Assembly (NCBI GenBank): GCA_042571725.1
Contig: JBHPFN010000003.1
Coordinates: 2,245 to 66,244 of the forward strand
From: Candidatus Omnitrophota bacterium
GTDB lineage: Bacteria > Omnitrophota > Gorgyraeia > VGKH01 > JBHPFN01
Direction of reading: 5' to 3'
Length of the DNA: 64,000 bases
This document shows positions 47,041 to 58,243 of the stretch, one piece after another; positions within the stretch are counted from its first letter, which is position 1, and each line of letters starts with the position of its first letter. The position numbers and the translations under genes were made by a program. The notes under the pieces were generated by a model. The model was not told where the DNA came from. It saw nothing but the letters and a program-made list of their open reading frames with translations, and made no database searches.

Positions 47041-47052
47041 AATAGACCTTTT

Positions 47053-47592
47053 TTATTTAGTTACAGCCTTTCCTTGTTTTCTCCGTACGTACTCTCCAAC
47101 ATACCTGATGCCTTTGCCTTTATAGGGCTCGGGTTTGTGAAACGCGCGTATTTCTGCCGCAGTCTGACCCACTTTTGCTTTATCAAGACCTTCGACAGTT
47201 ATCTGATTTGGCTTGGGCACGGATATCTTAACGTCTTCAGGCAGAGCATATTCAACGGGATGAGAAAAACCAAGCTGTAACGTAAGGTTTTTCCCTTGAA
47301 TTTGAGCTCTGAATCCAACGCCAATGATCTCTAGCTCTTTTTTATACCCTTCAGTGACACCTTTGATCATGTTGGATATAAGCGTTCTGCTTACGCCATG
47401 CAGAGATTTTTGTAATTTTGAATCAGAAGACCTGGAAACTGCAACCTTATCTTGCTCAATACCTACTTGGATTCCCGAAGGTATACGAAATTGCAGCTTT
47501 CCCTTTGGTCCTTCAACTTGTACAAATTCATTATTCTTTTGAACTTTGACCTTATCGGGGATTCCTATTGGAATTTTTCCTATTCTTGACAT
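47053..47592 (-). CDS. rplF: 50S ribosomal protein L6
   Basis: 179 aa. MSRIGKIPIGIPDKVKV and YKGKGIRY are present. Confidence 0.95.
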   Translation of the reverse strand: MSRIGKIPIGIPDKVKVQKNNEFVQVEGPKGKLQFRIPSGIQVGIEQDKVAVSRSSDSKLQKSLHGVSRTLISNMIKGVTEGYKKELEIIGVGFRAQIQGKNLTLQLGFSHPVEYALPEDVKISVPKPNQITVEGLDKAKVGQTAAEIRAFHKPEPYKGKGIRYVGEYVRRKQGKAVTK

Positions 47593-47598
47593 AATAAT

Positions 47599-47997
47599 TT
47601 ACCATACATAACAAAGCACTTCCCCACCAACACGCGCATCCCGAGCCTGCTTATCGGTAAGGATGCCCTTATTCGTTGAAAGAATTGCAATCCCCAGTCC
47701 ATTAAGAACGTAGGGGATCTTCTCAGCGTTAACGTAGACTCGTAATCCCGACTTGGACACTTTTTTAATTCCCGTAATAGCCGGTTTATGCTGAGCGTCA
47801 AATTTTAAATATATTTTTATCTTTCCTTGTTTTTTTTCCTCGATCAATCTTAGATTTTCAATGTAACCTTCTTTTTTTAAAATCTCTGCAATGGTCCGTA
47901 TTGTTTTGGACACAGGAATTTCTACAGTTTCTTTCTTGGCTCTGACAGCGTTTCTTGTCATGGTGAGCATGTTTGCAATCGGATCAGTTAACGACAT
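47599..47997 (-). CDS. rpsH: 30S ribosomal protein S8
   Basis: 132 aa. MSLTDPIANMLTMTRNA...GGEVLCYVW is present. Confidence 0.95.
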   Translation of the reverse strand: MSLTDPIANMLTMTRNAVRAKKETVEIPVSKTIRTIAEILKKEGYIENLRLIEEKKQGKIKIYLKFDAQHKPAITGIKKVSKSGLRVYVNAEKIPYVLNGLGIAILSTNKGILTDKQARDARVGGEVLCYVW

Positions 47998-48013
47998 ATA
48001 GACTCCTTACAAA

Positions 48014-48199
48014 TTACCAACTTGCTTTTTTAACGCCTGGTATTTGACCTTTCCAGGCAAATTCTCTAAAGCATATCCTGCATAGTTTGAAGCGTTTCAT
48101 GAAGCCTCTTCGCCTGCCACAGTTTGCGCAGCGATTGTATGCTCTTGAGCTAAACTTTGGTTTTCGTTTCCATCTTTCGATTTGCGACGTTTTTGCCAT
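48014..48199 (-). CDS. rpsZ: 30S ribosomal protein S14, type Z (zinc)
   Basis: 61 aa. [20 protein letters not shown] is present. Confidence 0.94.
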   Translation of the reverse strand: MAKTSQIERWKRKPKFSSRAYNRCANCGRRRGFMKRFKLCRICFREFAWKGQIPGVKKASW

Positions 48200-48214
48200 T
48201 GAGTATCCTCTAAA

Positions 48215-48757
48215 TTAACGTTTAAAAGGCATCCCAAAAAGCCTTAAGAGTTCCTTGGCTTCTTCTTTCGAGCGTGCCGTTGTCACTATACATACATCCA
48301 TTCCCTGCACCCGCTGTACTTTATCGTATTCAATTTCAGGGAAGATCGTCTGGTCCTTAAGTCCCAGGCTATAGTTTCCAGCTTGATCAAAGGCGTTTCC
48401 CGATACCCCGGTAAAATCGCGAATACGAGGCAATGCTACATTAATTAGCCTGCTTAAGAATTCGTACATAACAGCTTTTCGTAGTGTTACCTTGCATCCA
48501 ATCGGTTGGCCCGCGCGAATCTTAAAATTTGAAATCGCTTTGCGCGCCTTGCAAATAATCGGTTTTTGTCCTGTGATGGTCGCTAGCTCCTTCATTGCCT
48601 GCTCAAGGATTTTAATATCTTGGCTTCCCTCTCCCACACCCATGTTAACAACGATTTTTTCAAGGCGTGGTACTTGAAGCTTGTTCTTGTATTGAAACTT
48701 TTTGGTCAGTTCAGCAATAATCTCTGTACGATATTTTTCTGATAGTGTAGGCATCAT
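48215..48757 (-). CDS. rplE: 50S ribosomal protein L5
   Basis: 180 aa. [15 protein letters not shown] is present. Confidence 0.95.
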   Translation of the reverse strand: MMPTLSEKYRTEIIAELTKKFQYKNKLQVPRLEKIVVNMGVGEGSQDIKILEQAMKELATITGQKPIICKARKAISNFKIRAGQPIGCKVTLRKAVMYEFLSRLINVALPRIRDFTGVSGNAFDQAGNYSLGLKDQTIFPEIEYDKVQRVQGMDVCIVTTARSKEEAKELLRLFGMPFKR

Positions 48758-48758
48758 T

Positions 48759-49070
48759 TCACATCACTTCTTTGCATTTTCGGCACATCCGCGCTTTCGA
48801 ATTATCTTTTAATATTTTGGTTCCGATTCGAGTAGCTTTATTGCAATGCCGACAGACCAACATCACATTAGAGATTTCTAGCGGCATCTCTTTTTCGACA
48901 ACTCCACCTTTTTGATCTGCCTGGGTTCTTCTCATATGCTTCTTTACTAAATTTATTCTTTCAACAAGCAGGCGCTTTCGTTGTGGAAAGACTTTCAAGA
49001 CCTTTCCCTTTTTACCTTTGTCTTTTCCCGCAATAACCTTAATCGTGTCTTCTTTTTTTAGTCTTAACAT
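48759..49070 (-). CDS. rplX: 50S ribosomal protein L24 (Cys4 C-terminal variant)
   Basis: 103 aa. The KOW motif [16 protein letters not shown] is present. The C-terminus is C73RHC...C96RKC. Confidence 0.93.
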   Translation of the reverse strand: MLRLKKEDTIKVIAGKDKGKKGKVLKVFPQRKRLLVERINLVKKHMRRTQADQKGGVVEKEMPLEISNVMLVCRHCNKATRIGTKILKDNSKARMCRKCKEVM

Positions 49071-49071
49071 T

Positions 49072-49440
49072 TTATATAACTTCCGGCGCTAAAGAAATTA
49101 TTTTCATGAAATCTTTATCTCGTAATTCTCTTGCTACAGGACCAAACACTCTCGTTCCCTTTGGATTAAGCTGGTTGTCAATTAGAACTATGGCATTTCT
49201 ATCGAAGCGGACGTATGAGCCATCGGTTCTTCTAATTGATTCTTTAGTCCGCACAATAACACCTTGTGCTTTTTCACCCTTTTTGACCGCCGCGTTAGGA
49301 GCTGATTCCTTTATATTGACTGTTATGATATCGCCGACCTCTGCAATCCTTCGGCCTTTTCTGCCCCTTACGCCAATACAAGAAGCCTTGCGAGCACCGG
49401 TGTTATCCGCAACATCTAATATACTTTTCATCTGTATCAT
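49072..49440 (-). CDS. rplN: 50S ribosomal protein L14
   Basis: 122 aa. [18 protein letters not shown] is the N-terminus. Confidence 0.96.
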   Translation of the reverse strand: MIQMKSILDVADNTGARKASCIGVRGRKGRRIAEVGDIITVNIKESAPNAAVKKGEKAQGVIVRTKESIRRTDGSYVRFDRNAIVLIDNQLNPKGTRVFGPVARELRDKDFMKIISLAPEVI

Positions 49441-49709
49441 GCTTCACTCTTTTTTTCTGGCGTGAGAATCTCAGCAATTCTCCAGCGTTTATCTTTGGAG
49501 AGCGGTCTGGTTTCGATAATCCGTACGGTGTCTCCGGTTTTTGCAGCATTTGTTTCATCGTGCGCTTTGAACTTGTTAGCTTTTCGTATTACCCTACTAT
49601 AAGTGGCATGCCTAGTGATTGTTTTTACCTGCACCACTCTTGTTTTGTTCATTTTATCTGAGACGACTACGCCGATTCTTTGCTTACGTTTTGCTCTTTG
49701 TTGTGTCAT
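49437..49709 (-). CDS. rpsQ: 30S ribosomal protein S17
   Basis: 90 aa. [18 protein letters not shown] is present. Confidence 0.94.
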   Translation of the reverse strand: MTQQRAKRKQRIGVVVSDKMNKTRVVQVKTITRHATYSRVIRKANKFKAHDETNAAKTGDTVRIIETRPLSKDKRWRIAEILTPEKKSEA

Positions 49710-49893
49710 GTATCTTTTCCTTTGCTATTGTCTTTATCCGTGCGATATCTTTTTTTATAAGATTAAACATATGGGGTTTTTCAACGCGGCCAAATTTTCT
49801 CTGGTAGCTTAAGTCATAAAGCTGTTTCTTCAGCTCATTCTCTTTTGCCGCAAGTTCTTCCTTTGTAAGATTTCTAATATCTTCAGTTTTCAT
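49684..49893 (-). CDS. rpmC: 50S ribosomal protein L29
   Basis: 69 aa. [28 protein letters not shown] is the N-terminus. Confidence 0.92.
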   Translation of the reverse strand: MKTEDIRNLTKEELAAKENELKKQLYDLSYQRKFGRVEKPHMFNLIKKDIARIKTIAKEKIHDTTKSKT

Positions 49894-49914
49894 TGCTTAC
49901 TTTAGACCTTTCCC

Positions 49915-50331
49915 CTAGCCATGCGCACGCGATACAAACTTAGTGCGTATGGGTAATTTATATGCTGCGAGGCTAAATACTTGTCGGGCCATTTCTTCAG
50001 GAATACCACCAAGTTCAAAAAGGATCGCGCCTCGTTTTACAACGGCAACCCAGTGGTCTGTTTCACCCTTGCCTTTTCCCATGCGGGTCTCAGCAGGTTT
50101 TTTTGTGACAGGCTTATCCGGGAAAATTCGAATCCAAAGCTTGCCCCCGCGCCGCAATCTTCTGGTGAGAACGACTCGAACAGCCTCGATTTGATTATTT
50201 TTTATCCAGCCATTACCTAATGCTTTCAGGCCGAATTCACCAAAGTTTACACAGGAGCCTTTTGTGGCAATTCCTTTTCGAGAGCCTCGTTGTAACTTAC
50301 GGTATTTTACGCGTTTTGGCATTAAAGCCAT
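49915..50331 (-). CDS. rplP: 50S ribosomal protein L16
   Basis: 138 aa. [13 protein letters not shown] and the KMGKGKG-like RMGKGKG are present. Confidence 0.96.
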   Translation of the reverse strand: MALMPKRVKYRKLQRGSRKGIATKGSCVNFGEFGLKALGNGWIKNNQIEAVRVVLTRRLRRGGKLWIRIFPDKPVTKKPAETRMGKGKGETDHWVAVVKRGAILFELGGIPEEMARQVFSLAAYKLPIRTKFVSRAHG

Positions 50332-50341
50332 AATGGTTCAC

Positions 50342-50998
50342 CTATATAGTTTTTTCGTCTTCTTTGGTCTTAAGGAGCGAATCTCCCTTATAGAGCCATA
50401 CCTTAACACCAATCGCTCCGTATGTGGTGTTTGCTTCTGTGAATCCATAATCAATGTCAGCGCGAAACGTCTGTAGAGGAATTTTGCCCCGTTTGTACGA
50501 CTCTTGACGAGACATTTCATGTCCTCCCAATCTTCCGGAACAGATAACTTTTATCCCTTTTGCACCGGCATTCATTGATTGCTCAATTGAACGTTTCATG
50601 GCTCTACGAAAAGCAATTCTTTTTTCAAGCTGAAGCGAAATATTTTCAGCAACAAGCTGTGCTTCTATAAAGGTATTTTTAATTTCTTCGATATCAATTG
50701 AAATTTCCTTTTTCGTAATATCTTCCAGCTCTCCCCTTAATTGTTCAATATCAGAGCCCCTGCGACCTATAATCATCCCAGGACGAGCAGAGCGGATCCT
50801 GATTCTTGTTTTGGTGGTCAAGCGCTCAATAATAATATGCGCAACCGCTGCTTGATAAAACTTCTTTTTTATGTGTCGACGAATCTTAATGTCTTCTTGT
50901 AAATTATCAGCAAATTGATGCTTATTCGCAAACCATCGGCTTTCCCAGTTTTTGTTGATTCCTAACCTTAGAACAAGAGGATGAACTTTTTGACCCAT
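50342..50998 (-). CDS. rpsC: 30S ribosomal protein S3
   Basis: 218 aa. MGQKVHPLVLRLGI and the KH domain GMIIGRRG are present. Confidence 0.96.
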   Translation of the reverse strand: MGQKVHPLVLRLGINKNWESRWFANKHQFADNLQEDIKIRRHIKKKFYQAAVAHIIIERLTTKTRIRIRSARPGMIIGRRGSDIEQLRGELEDITKKEISIDIEEIKNTFIEAQLVAENISLQLEKRIAFRRAMKRSIEQSMNAGAKGIKVICSGRLGGHEMSRQESYKRGKIPLQTFRADIDYGFTEANTTYGAIGVKVWLYKGDSLLKTKEDEKTI

Positions 50999-51009
50999 GA
51001 ATCTCCTTA

Positions 51010-51339
51010 TTATTTTAAATCAAGCTCTATTTTAATATGCGATGTTCTTTTTCTAATTCTTGCAGCGCGACCAAAAGGAACGGCTCTAAACCTCTTCCAC
51101 ATTACCCCTTCATTAGCAACAATCTTTGAAATGTAAAGTTGCTCGGGTTGAAGTCCCTTTTGCTTTGCATTGCTAATCGCCGATTTCAATATCTTCTCGA
51201 CTGAAACCTTCGGCCTTCTATTAATCGAAGATAATGTGGCTAGTGCCGCATTTACTTCTTGGCCGCGGAGTAAGTTAATTACTTGCCTTACCTTGCTGGG
51301 AGATATTCGTACAAAACTTCCTTTTGCGTAAACGATCAT
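51010..51339 (-). CDS. rplV: 50S ribosomal protein L22
   Basis: 109 aa. [15 protein letters not shown] is present. Confidence 0.94.
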   Translation of the reverse strand: MIVYAKGSFVRISPSKVRQVINLLRGQEVNAALATLSSINRRPKVSVEKILKSAISNAKQKGLQPEQLYISKIVANEGVMWKRFRAVPFGRAARIRKRTSHIKIELDLK

Positions 51340-51623
51340 GTCTTATCTGGCGCCTTCTTTGCTTTTACTCCCCCGTGCCTTCTAAAAACTCTTGTAGGAG
51401 CAAACTCACCTAATTTATGACCAACCATATTTTCTGTAATAAAAACTGGAATGTGTCTTTTTCCGTCATGTACGGCAATGGTAAATCCGACAAAGTCAGG
51501 TATGATTACCGAACGACGGGACCACGTCTTTATGGGCTGTTTCTGTCCGCTTTTCCGCACTCTTTCGATCTTTTTTAAAACGCTTTCATCAATAAATGGT
51601 CCTTTTTTTACTGAACGTGGCAT
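51336..51623 (-). CDS. rpsS: 30S ribosomal protein S19
   Basis: 95 aa. [18 protein letters not shown]...[10 protein letters not shown] is present. Confidence 0.96.
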   Translation of the reverse strand: MPRSVKKGPFIDESVLKKIERVRKSGQKQPIKTWSRRSVIIPDFVGFTIAVHDGKRHIPVFITENMVGHKLGEFAPTRVFRRHGGVKAKKAPDKT

Positions 51624-51624
51624 T

Positions 51625-52458
51625 TTAGGTCCTCTTTTTCACAATAAATTTGTCAGAATACTTAGTTAGTTTGCGTGTCTTGTAACCCTTTGTTGGTTTT
51701 CCCCACGGAGTAACGGGATGAGGATTACCTTGTCCTTTTTTTCCTTCGCCTCCACCGTGAGGATGATCGTGAGGATTCATTACAACACCTCTCGTTTTGT
51801 GTTTGCGGCCCAGCCAACGCGATCGACCTGCTTTTCCCAGGACAAGGGAACTGTGCTCTGTATTTCCTAACTGTCCAATAGTTGCTTTGCAATCAAGGCT
51901 AAACATCCGTACTTCTCCTGAGGGTAGTCTTACTTGGGCAAAGTCGTTTTCTTTCGCTACGATTTGAGCGGATGAACCTGCGCTTCGTACGATCTGTCCA
52001 CCTCGACCCTGAGCCAACTCTAGATTATGTATCGCTGTGCCTAAGGGAATATTTCGCATCGTAAGACAATTACCAGATTTTATTTCAATATCTGCTTTTT
52101 TACTGCTTATAATTTCATCGCCGATACCAAGGCCTAAAGGAGCTAAAACGTAGTTGCGCTCTTTATCAGGATACTCAATCAAGGCAATTCTGCAGGAGCG
52201 GTTAGGGTCATACTCAATTGCAATTACCTTTGCAGAAACTTCAATTTTTTGACGCTTGAAATCAATAATTCGATAAAGACGCTTATGGCCACCGCCTCTA
52301 CCTCGGGCAGTAATTCTACCGTAAGAATTTCTGCCGCCGGATTTTTTTAAAGGCTCCAACAAGCGTTTTTCTGGTTTCTTTTTCGTGATATCTTTAAAAT
52401 CAGAAATAATTGTTGTCCTTAAAGATGAAGTTGTTGGCCGAAATCTTTTAACACCCAT
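51625..52458 (-). CDS. rplB: 50S ribosomal protein L2
   Basis: The start was moved to the ATG at 52458 ([12 protein letters not shown]), giving a TAATG junction with rpl[14 protein letters not shown] is present. Confidence 0.95.
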   Translation of the reverse strand: MGVKRFRPTTSSLRTTIISDFKDITKKKPEKRLLEPLKKSGGRNSYGRITARGRGGGHKRLYRIIDFKRQKIEVSAKVIAIEYDPNRSCRIALIEYPDKERNYVLAPLGLGIGDEIISSKKADIEIKSGNCLTMRNIPLGTAIHNLELAQGRGGQIVRSAGSSAQIVAKENDFAQVRLPSGEVRMFSLDCKATIGQLGNTEHSSLVLGKAGRSRWLGRKHKTRGVVMNPHDHPHGGGEGKKGQGNPHPVTPWGKPTKGYKTRKLTKYSDKFIVKKRT

Positions 52459-52736
52459 TATGTTACCTCGATTTTGTTTCCTTCTTTTAACGTTACTATA
52501 GCTTTTTTCCAATCAGGAGTTTTTCCTTGCTGGAAACGTACTCTTTTTAATTTGCCGGGGACAATCATTGTATTGACACTCTCAACTTTTACTTTATATA
52601 TATCTTCAATTGATTTTCTGATCTGCACTTTATTTGCTTTTTTGGCAACGAGGAATAAATATTGACGGTTAACCTCTAATGTGGTGCCTTTCTCTGTGCG
52701 GATTAAAGTATTAATAATGTCGTAATTATTTTCCAT
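52458..52736 (-). CDS. rplW: 50S ribosomal protein L23
   Basis: 92 aa. LIRTEKGT and [10 protein letters not shown] are present, and its position in the S10 operon fits. Confidence 0.93.
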   Translation of the reverse strand: MENNYDIINTLIRTEKGTTLEVNRQYLFLVAKKANKVQIRKSIEDIYKVKVESVNTMIVPGKLKRVRFQQGKTPDWKKAIVTLKEGNKIEVT

Positions 52737-52739
52737 GAA

Positions 52740-53381
52740 TTATTTTATCCTTTGCGTCAAAGACTTCAACGCAGTCTTTGTGATAACCACCTTATTACAT
52801 TGCAAGACATCGTACGCAGTTACTTCTTGAGCGCTTGATAATCGTAAACGTGCAATATTTCTGCATATACGGTTCAGGTCAGTCGTTTTCTCTTTTTCTT
52901 TATCAAAAATTAATAGACTTTTTTCTTTAATTTTGAGCGATTTTAAAAGTGTGGCGATCTCTTTTGTTTTATTGCTTTCAAACTTCAATTCGTCAACGAT
53001 TGTGATGTCTTCAGAGGTTAGTTTATCAATTACGCTCGATTTCAGTGCGGAAAGCTTAATTTGTTTTGGTAAAGAGTAGCTGAAGTCTCTGGGGTGAGGA
53101 CCAAACACTACGCCGCCTCCGCTCCAAAGAGGTGATCTGTTCGATCCCGCCCTGGCCCTTCCTGTTCCTTTTTGTCTCCAGGGTTTTCTCCCTCCTCCTG
53201 AGACATCCTTTCGCGTTTTCGTAGAAGCAGTTCCTTGTCTCTTGTTTGCCTGATACATCAGCACAGCTTGATAGAGCACGGCAGAATTAAGCTCTTTATC
53301 AAAGACGCCCTTTGAAAGTTCGAAAGAGTCTACCTTCTTTCCTTTGCTATCATATATAGGAAGAGTTGGGTTAATAGCCAC
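52740..53381 (-). CDS. rplD: 50S ribosomal protein L4
   Basis: 213 aa. KTRKDVSGGGRKPWRQKGTGRARAGS is present. Confidence 0.95.
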   Translation of the reverse strand: MAINPTLPIYDSKGKKVDSFELSKGVFDKELNSAVLYQAVLMYQANKRQGTASTKTRKDVSGGGRKPWRQKGTGRARAGSNRSPLWSGGGVVFGPHPRDFSYSLPKQIKLSALKSSVIDKLTSEDITIVDELKFESNKTKEIATLLKSLKIKEKSLLIFDKEKEKTTDLNRICRNIARLRLSSAQEVTAYDVLQCNKVVITKTALKSLTQRIK

Positions 53382-54091
53382 TATTTCTTACCTTTTCCTT
53401 TCGCCTTAGGCGTTGTTTTTTTGTCTTTCTCTGAACCTTCTGTAGATTTCTCTGCCGAAGAAACTTCCTTTCGGGTTTTTTTCTTAGCTTTGCGGATAAC
53501 CAACAATGAGTTTTGATGACCCGGAATAGAGCCTTTCAAAATGAGCACGTTGCTGTCTGTATTAACTTTTAACACTTCCATGTTTTGAATTGTCAGTTGC
53601 TCAGCTCCCATGTGTCCAGGCATGTGTTGACCCTTGAACACTCGCGAAGGATCTGAGCTCGCTCCGATAGAGCCAACTCTGCGATGCGACATTGATCCGT
53701 GTGATTTTGGGCCGCCTTTCCAATGCCAGCGTTTTACTCCACCTTGGAATCCCTTTCCTTTTGTGACGCCTGTTACGTCGACGTAATCACCAGGAGTAAA
53801 AATGTCAGCCTTGAGCTCTTCGCCAACCTTGTATTCTCGTTCTTCACCAATGTCGAACTGCTTAATATTTTTTAGGTTTGGTAAACCCGCCTTTTTAAAC
53901 AGACCTTTTTGGGCTTTTTTCAATCGGTGTTCTTTAACCGTTTCAAACCCTAGGGTGAGCTTTTTTCTTTGGGAATTTACTTCAACAACATAGCATGGAC
54001 CAGCTTCAACTACCGTTGTAGGAATAGCCTTATCAGAATCTAAGAAGATTCGAGTCATACCTATTTTTTTACCAAGCAGCCCTTTTGACAT
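53381..54091 (-). CDS. rplC: 50S ribosomal protein L3 with Lys-rich C-terminal tail
   Basis: 236 aa. LLGKKIGMTRIF and FQGGVKRW are present, with a C-terminal tail ...KKTTPKAKGKGKK. Confidence 0.95.
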   Translation of the reverse strand: MSKGLLGKKIGMTRIFLDSDKAIPTTVVEAGPCYVVEVNSQRKKLTLGFETVKEHRLKKAQKGLFKKAGLPNLKNIKQFDIGEEREYKVGEELKADIFTPGDYVDVTGVTKGKGFQGGVKRWHWKGGPKSHGSMSHRRVGSIGASSDPSRVFKGQHMPGHMGAEQLTIQNMEVLKVNTDSNVLILKGSIPGHQNSLLVIRKAKKKTRKEVSSAEKSTEGSEKDKKTTPKAKGKGKK

Positions 54092-54101
54092 TTTGGATTT
54101 C

Positions 54102-54401
54102 CTATTTTATCTCAACATCTACACCAGCCGGGAGATTGAGCTTTCTCAGCGCATCGATAGTTTTTGCGGTTGGCTCCAACAACTCCAAGAGACGCTTGTG
54201 AGTAGCTAAGCCGAACTGCTCGCGAGATTTTTTATCGATGAACGGAGATCGTAAAACCGTGTAAATCTCCTTTTTGGTGGGCAACGGTATCGGACCAGAT
54301 ACTTTCGCACCTGTCCTTTTTGCCGTTTCCACAATTTCTAAAGCTGATTGATCAAGTAATCGATGATCAAACGCTTTGAGCTTAATTCGTATTTTCTGCA
54401 T
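54102..54401 (-). CDS. rpsJ: 30S ribosomal protein S10
   Basis: 99 aa. [16 protein letters not shown]...[10 protein letters not shown] is present. Confidence 0.95.
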   Translation of the reverse strand: MQKIRIKLKAFDHRLLDQSALEIVETAKRTGAKVSGPIPLPTKKEIYTVLRSPFIDKKSREQFGLATHKRLLELLEPTAKTIDALRKLNLPAGVDVEIK

Positions 54402-54439
54402 TTTTTATTTATGTTTTTCCAGTTATTGTGAGTATTGCC

Positions 54440-55639
54440 TTATGCAATAATCTCAGAAATTACGCCCGCACCTACTGTATGACCGCCTTCTCTGATCGCA
54501 AAGCGCAATTCTTTCTCCATTGCTACAGGAACAATTAATTCGCCTTCTATTTCAACATTGTCACCGGGCATAACCATCTCAACTCCTTGAGGAAGTTTAA
54601 CTGAACCGGTTACATCGGTTGTTCTGAAATAGAATTGTGGCCTGTATCCACTGAAGAATGGCGTGTGTCTTCCGCCTTCTTCTTTGGAAAGTACGTAGAC
54701 CTGTGCTTTAAATTTTGTATGAGGCGTAATCGATCCAGGAGCAGCTAATACCATGCCGCGCTCTAGTGCATCCTTATCAACCCCTCTTAAGAGTAAACCA
54801 ACATTATCTCCCGCCTGTCCTTCGTCCAGAAGCTTTCTAAACATCTCGACTCCTGTAACAACTGTTTTTGAGATATCAGGCTTAAGGCCAACAATATCAA
54901 TTTCTTCGCCAACTTTAACTATTCCTCTTTCAATCCTTCCTGTTCCCACGGTGCCGCGCCCGGAAATAGAAAAGACATCTTCAATTGCCATGGAAAATGG
55001 TTTGTCGATTTCTCTTTTTGGGGCAGGGATGAATTCATCAACAGCTTTCATTAAGTCTGTGACAGCTTTGATATTTTCATTGTTGGGATCGCCACCTGAA
55101 TTCATTGCATCGAGTGCGCTCCCCTTTATGATTGGAGTCTTGTCTCCAGGGAAGTTGTATTTAGTAAGGAGCTCGCGTACTTCCATCTCAACTAACTCAA
55201 TGAGCTCTTTATCTTCAACCTGATCAGTTTTGTTTAAGAATACAACAATCGCAGGAACATTTACCTGGCGTGCTAAAAGGATATGTTCTCTGGTCTGAGG
55301 CATGGGTCCGTCAGCAGCGGACACTACTAAAATCGCTCCGTCCATCTGAGCTGCGCCGGTAATCATGTTTTTGATATAATCGGCGTGGCCAGGACAGTCG
55401 ATATGAGCATAATGCCGAGTGTCCGTCTGATACTCAATATGAGCGATATTGATGGTTACACCACGTTCTCTTTCTTCTGGAGCATTGTCAATCGCATCAT
55501 AGGTTTTTACTTCCGCTTGTCCTTTTTTACTGAGCGCCATAGTAATTGCCGCGGTTAACGTTGTTTTACCATGGTCAACGTGTCCAATGGTTCCTACGTT
55601 AAGATGCGGTTTGCTGCGTACAAATTTTTCCTTTGCCAT
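54440..55639 (-). CDS. tuf: Elongation factor Tu
   Basis: 399 aa. [15 protein letters not shown] and NKTD motifs are present. Confidence 0.98.
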   Translation of the reverse strand: MAKEKFVRSKPHLNVGTIGHVDHGKTTLTAAITMALSKKGQAEVKTYDAIDNAPEERERGVTINIAHIEYQTDTRHYAHIDCPGHADYIKNMITGAAQMDGAILVVSAADGPMPQTREHILLARQVNVPAIVVFLNKTDQVEDKELIELVEMEVRELLTKYNFPGDKTPIIKGSALDAMNSGGDPNNENIKAVTDLMKAVDEFIPAPKREIDKPFSMAIEDVFSISGRGTVGTGRIERGIVKVGEEIDIVGLKPDISKTVVTGVEMFRKLLDEGQAGDNVGLLLRGVDKDALERGMVLAAPGSITPHTKFKAQVYVLSKEEGGRHTPFFSGYRPQFYFRTTDVTGSVKLPQGVEMVMPGDNVEIEGELIVPVAMEKELRFAIREGGHTVGAGVISEIIA

Positions 55640-55652
55640 GTGTACCTCCCTT

Positions 55653-57752
55653 TTACTTTATTCCTTTATTCTGTCCGCTCATTGAAGAGTTACCAAGAAT
55701 TTTTTCTAATATATGTGAAGGCACCTCAGCGTATCGCGAGGGCTCCATTGTGTAGGAAGCGCGCCCTTGTGTAAGCGAACGTACACCAGTAGCATAGTCA
55801 AACACTTCCGCTAAAGGCACACTTACTTTTACTACCCTGGCATTGCCTCTTTTTCCTAAAGAAGAAAGTTTGCCTCTTCGGGTATTCAAATCACTTATTA
55901 CTTGCCCCATGAATTCTTCGGGGGCCACCACTTCCATCTCCATAATAGGCTCTAGTAAAATAGCACCGGCCTTTCTTAATCCATCGGTAAAGGCGATGGA
56001 GGCAGCCATCTGAAACGATAAGTCGCTGGAATCAACCTCGTGATATGAGCCATCCACCAGATTAACCGTAACATCAATAACGGGAAAACCCGATAGTACG
56101 CCACTTTTTGCAGAAAGCTCAATACCTTTCTTTACCGCAGGGATGTATTCGCGCGGAATTGCACCTTGCTTAATCCTATTTACAAACGTAATCCCTTTGT
56201 CTTTTTCTTCTGACGGTTCCATCTCTAAAATTACATGACCATATTGGCCTCTGCCTCCGGTTTGCTGAACGAATTTTCCTGTTATCGCTATCTTTTTTGT
56301 GATGGTTTCTTTATAAGCGACTTCCGGTTTACCAACATTGGCCTGAACACTAAATTCTCTAAGCATCCTATCTACCATTACTTGTAAATGGAGTTGACCC
56401 ATACCAGAGACGACTGTTTGCCCAGTTTCTTGATTGTAGCGAACTTGAAAAGAAGGATCTTCATCCTGTAGCTTTCTTAAAGCAACTCCAAGCTTTTCTT
56501 GGTCAGCCTTTGATATCGGCTCAATCGCCATAGTAATAACCGGCACAGGAAAGTGCATCGATTCTAAAAGAATTGGCGTTTCTTTAGCGCATAAGGTGTC
56601 TCCTGATTTTGTTTCTTTTAAGCCAATCAGCGCAGCGATGTCTCCCGCAGTAACTTCTTCAACAATCTCTTGCTTGTTTGCGTGCATTTTTACAATTTTT
56701 GAAACCTTTTCCCTAGTTTTTCTGGTAGCATTATATATATAAGAACCTGAAGAAACCTTTCCAGAGTATATCCGGCAATAATTGAGCTTTCCCACATAAG
56801 GATCAACCACTATTTTAAAACAAAGCGCGCAAAAAGGAGCGTCTTTCGATGTCGCAATTTCTTCAAAATTTTCAGTTTCAGGGTCAATTCCTGTAATAGG
56901 ATGGGCTTCTTCAGGTGAAGGCAGGTAATCACAAATTGCATTCAACAATAATTGAATACCTCGGTTTTTAAAAGAAGCACCGCATAATATAGGAACAAAG
57001 CTTCCCTTTTTTGTAAACTTTTTTAAAGATGAAATAAGTTGTTCTTTATCGATGGATTCACTGTGAATAAATTTTTCCATAATGCCTTCGTCAACCTCAG
57101 CAAGTTTCTCAAACAATCGATTCCTAAGCTTTCTTACCTGTTCTTTGTAGTCTTCAGGAATCTCTGAAAACTGAAGCTCGAGACCTAATTCATCTTTGTA
57201 CGTTACGAGCGTTTCATTTACTATATCAATTATTCCTTTGAAATCCTCTTCTTTTCCAAAAGGGAGCTGAATGGCTGCCGCATGCGCACCGAGCCTGTCA
57301 GAGATTTGGTTAACGCAGGTAAAGAAATCTGCGCCAGTGCGATCCATTTTATTGATATAGGCAATGCGCGCAACATTATATCTGTCTGCCTGGCGCCAGA
57401 CGGTTTCGCTTTGAGGTTCAACGCCTCCCACTGCACAAAATATTACTACACATCCATCCAAAATTTTCAGCGACCGTTCTACTTCAACTGTAAAATCAAC
57501 ATGGCCAGGAGTGTCAATTATATTGATTTCATGATCTTTCCAATCGCAGGCAGTGCTTGCTGCGGTAATGGTGATTCCTCGCTCCTGCTCTTGCGGCATC
57601 CAATCCATAACCGCCGTACCATCGTGAACCTCTCCTAATTTATGAATTCTTCCTGAATAATAGAGAATCCGTTCAGTGGTGGTGGTTTTTCCCGCATCAA
57701 TATGCGCAACAAAACCGATATTTCTTATCTTTTCCAATCTGCTATCGGGCAT
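55653..57752 (-). CDS. fusA: Elongation factor G
   Basis: The start was moved to the ATG at 57752 ([24 protein letters not shown]), 4 nt after the rpsG stop. This gives 699 aa. Confidence 0.96.
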   Translation of the reverse strand: MPDSRLEKIRNIGFVAHIDAGKTTTTERILYYSGRIHKLGEVHDGTAVMDWMPQEQERGITITAASTACDWKDHEINIIDTPGHVDFTVEVERSLKILDGCVVIFCAVGGVEPQSETVWRQADRYNVARIAYINKMDRTGADFFTCVNQISDRLGAHAAAIQLPFGKEEDFKGIIDIVNETLVTYKDELGLELQFSEIPEDYKEQVRKLRNRLFEKLAEVDEGIMEKFIHSESIDKEQLISSLKKFTKKGSFVPILCGASFKNRGIQLLLNAICDYLPSPEEAHPITGIDPETENFEEIATSKDAPFCALCFKIVVDPYVGKLNYCRIYSGKVSSGSYIYNATRKTREKVSKIVKMHANKQEIVEEVTAGDIAALIGLKETKSGDTLCAKETPILLESMHFPVPVITMAIEPISKADQEKLGVALRKLQDEDPSFQVRYNQETGQTVVSGMGQLHLQVMVDRMLREFSVQANVGKPEVAYKETITKKIAITGKFVQQTGGRGQYGHVILEMEPSEEKDKGITFVNRIKQGAIPREYIPAVKKGIELSAKSGVLSGFPVIDVTVNLVDGSYHEVDSSDLSFQMAASIAFTDGLRKAGAILLEPIMEMEVVAPEEFMGQVISDLNTRRGKLSSLGKRGNARVVKVSVPLAEVFDYATGVRSLTQGRASYTMEPSRYAEVPSHILEKILGNSSMSGQNKGIK

Positions 57753-57756
57753 TATA

Positions 57757-58227
57757 TTACCATCTAAAGTGGGCGAACGCTTTGTTCGCTTCGGCCATTT
57801 TATGTGTATCATCTCGTTTCTTTATTGCAGAACCTTCCCCTTTATATGCTGAAACTAATTCAACCGCGAGTCTTTCAAGCATCGGTTTGTTTTTTCTTGA
57901 TCGTGCAGCATCTCTTATCCAGCGCATCGCTAACGAAGCGCCCCTTGCTTGGCTTACCTCAATAGGAACTTGATATGTGGCTCCCCCAACACGTCGAGGC
58001 TTAACCTCGAGTCTGGGCCGAGCGTTGTCAAGAGCTTTGTGGAACACCTTAATTACGTCTTCTTCTTTTGTTTGTTCTTTTAAGATATCAAATGCACCGT
58101 AAACAATATTCTCTGCTGTAGATTTTTTTCCTCGTTCCATAACCATATTAATGAATTTGCTTACCACAATACTGTTGTATTTTGGATCTGGGTTAACTTC
58201 TCTTTTTTCAGCTTTTCTTCTTCTCAT
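57757..58227 (-). CDS. rpsG: 30S ribosomal protein S7
   Basis: 156 aa. [17 protein letters not shown]...AFAHFRW is present. Confidence 0.96.
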   Translation of the reverse strand: MRRRKAEKREVNPDPKYNSIVVSKFINMVMERGKKSTAENIVYGAFDILKEQTKEEDVIKVFHKALDNARPRLEVKPRRVGGATYQVPIEVSQARGASLAMRWIRDAARSRKNKPMLERLAVELVSAYKGEGSAIKKRDDTHKMAEANKAFAHFRW

Positions 58228-58243
58228 GATAGTCTAATACTTT

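Noticed and set aside
54753-55223. 156-aa plus-strand ORF, the longest antisense ORF in the window
   Set aside because: It lies entirely antisense to the highly conserved tuf gene and has a Ser/Pro/Thr-rich shadow composition. The same reasoning applies to 49106-49465 (antisense to rplN), 19489-19872 (amaP), 35416-35793 (icd/leuD), 32845-33186 (lpd) and 63630-63968 (rpoB).
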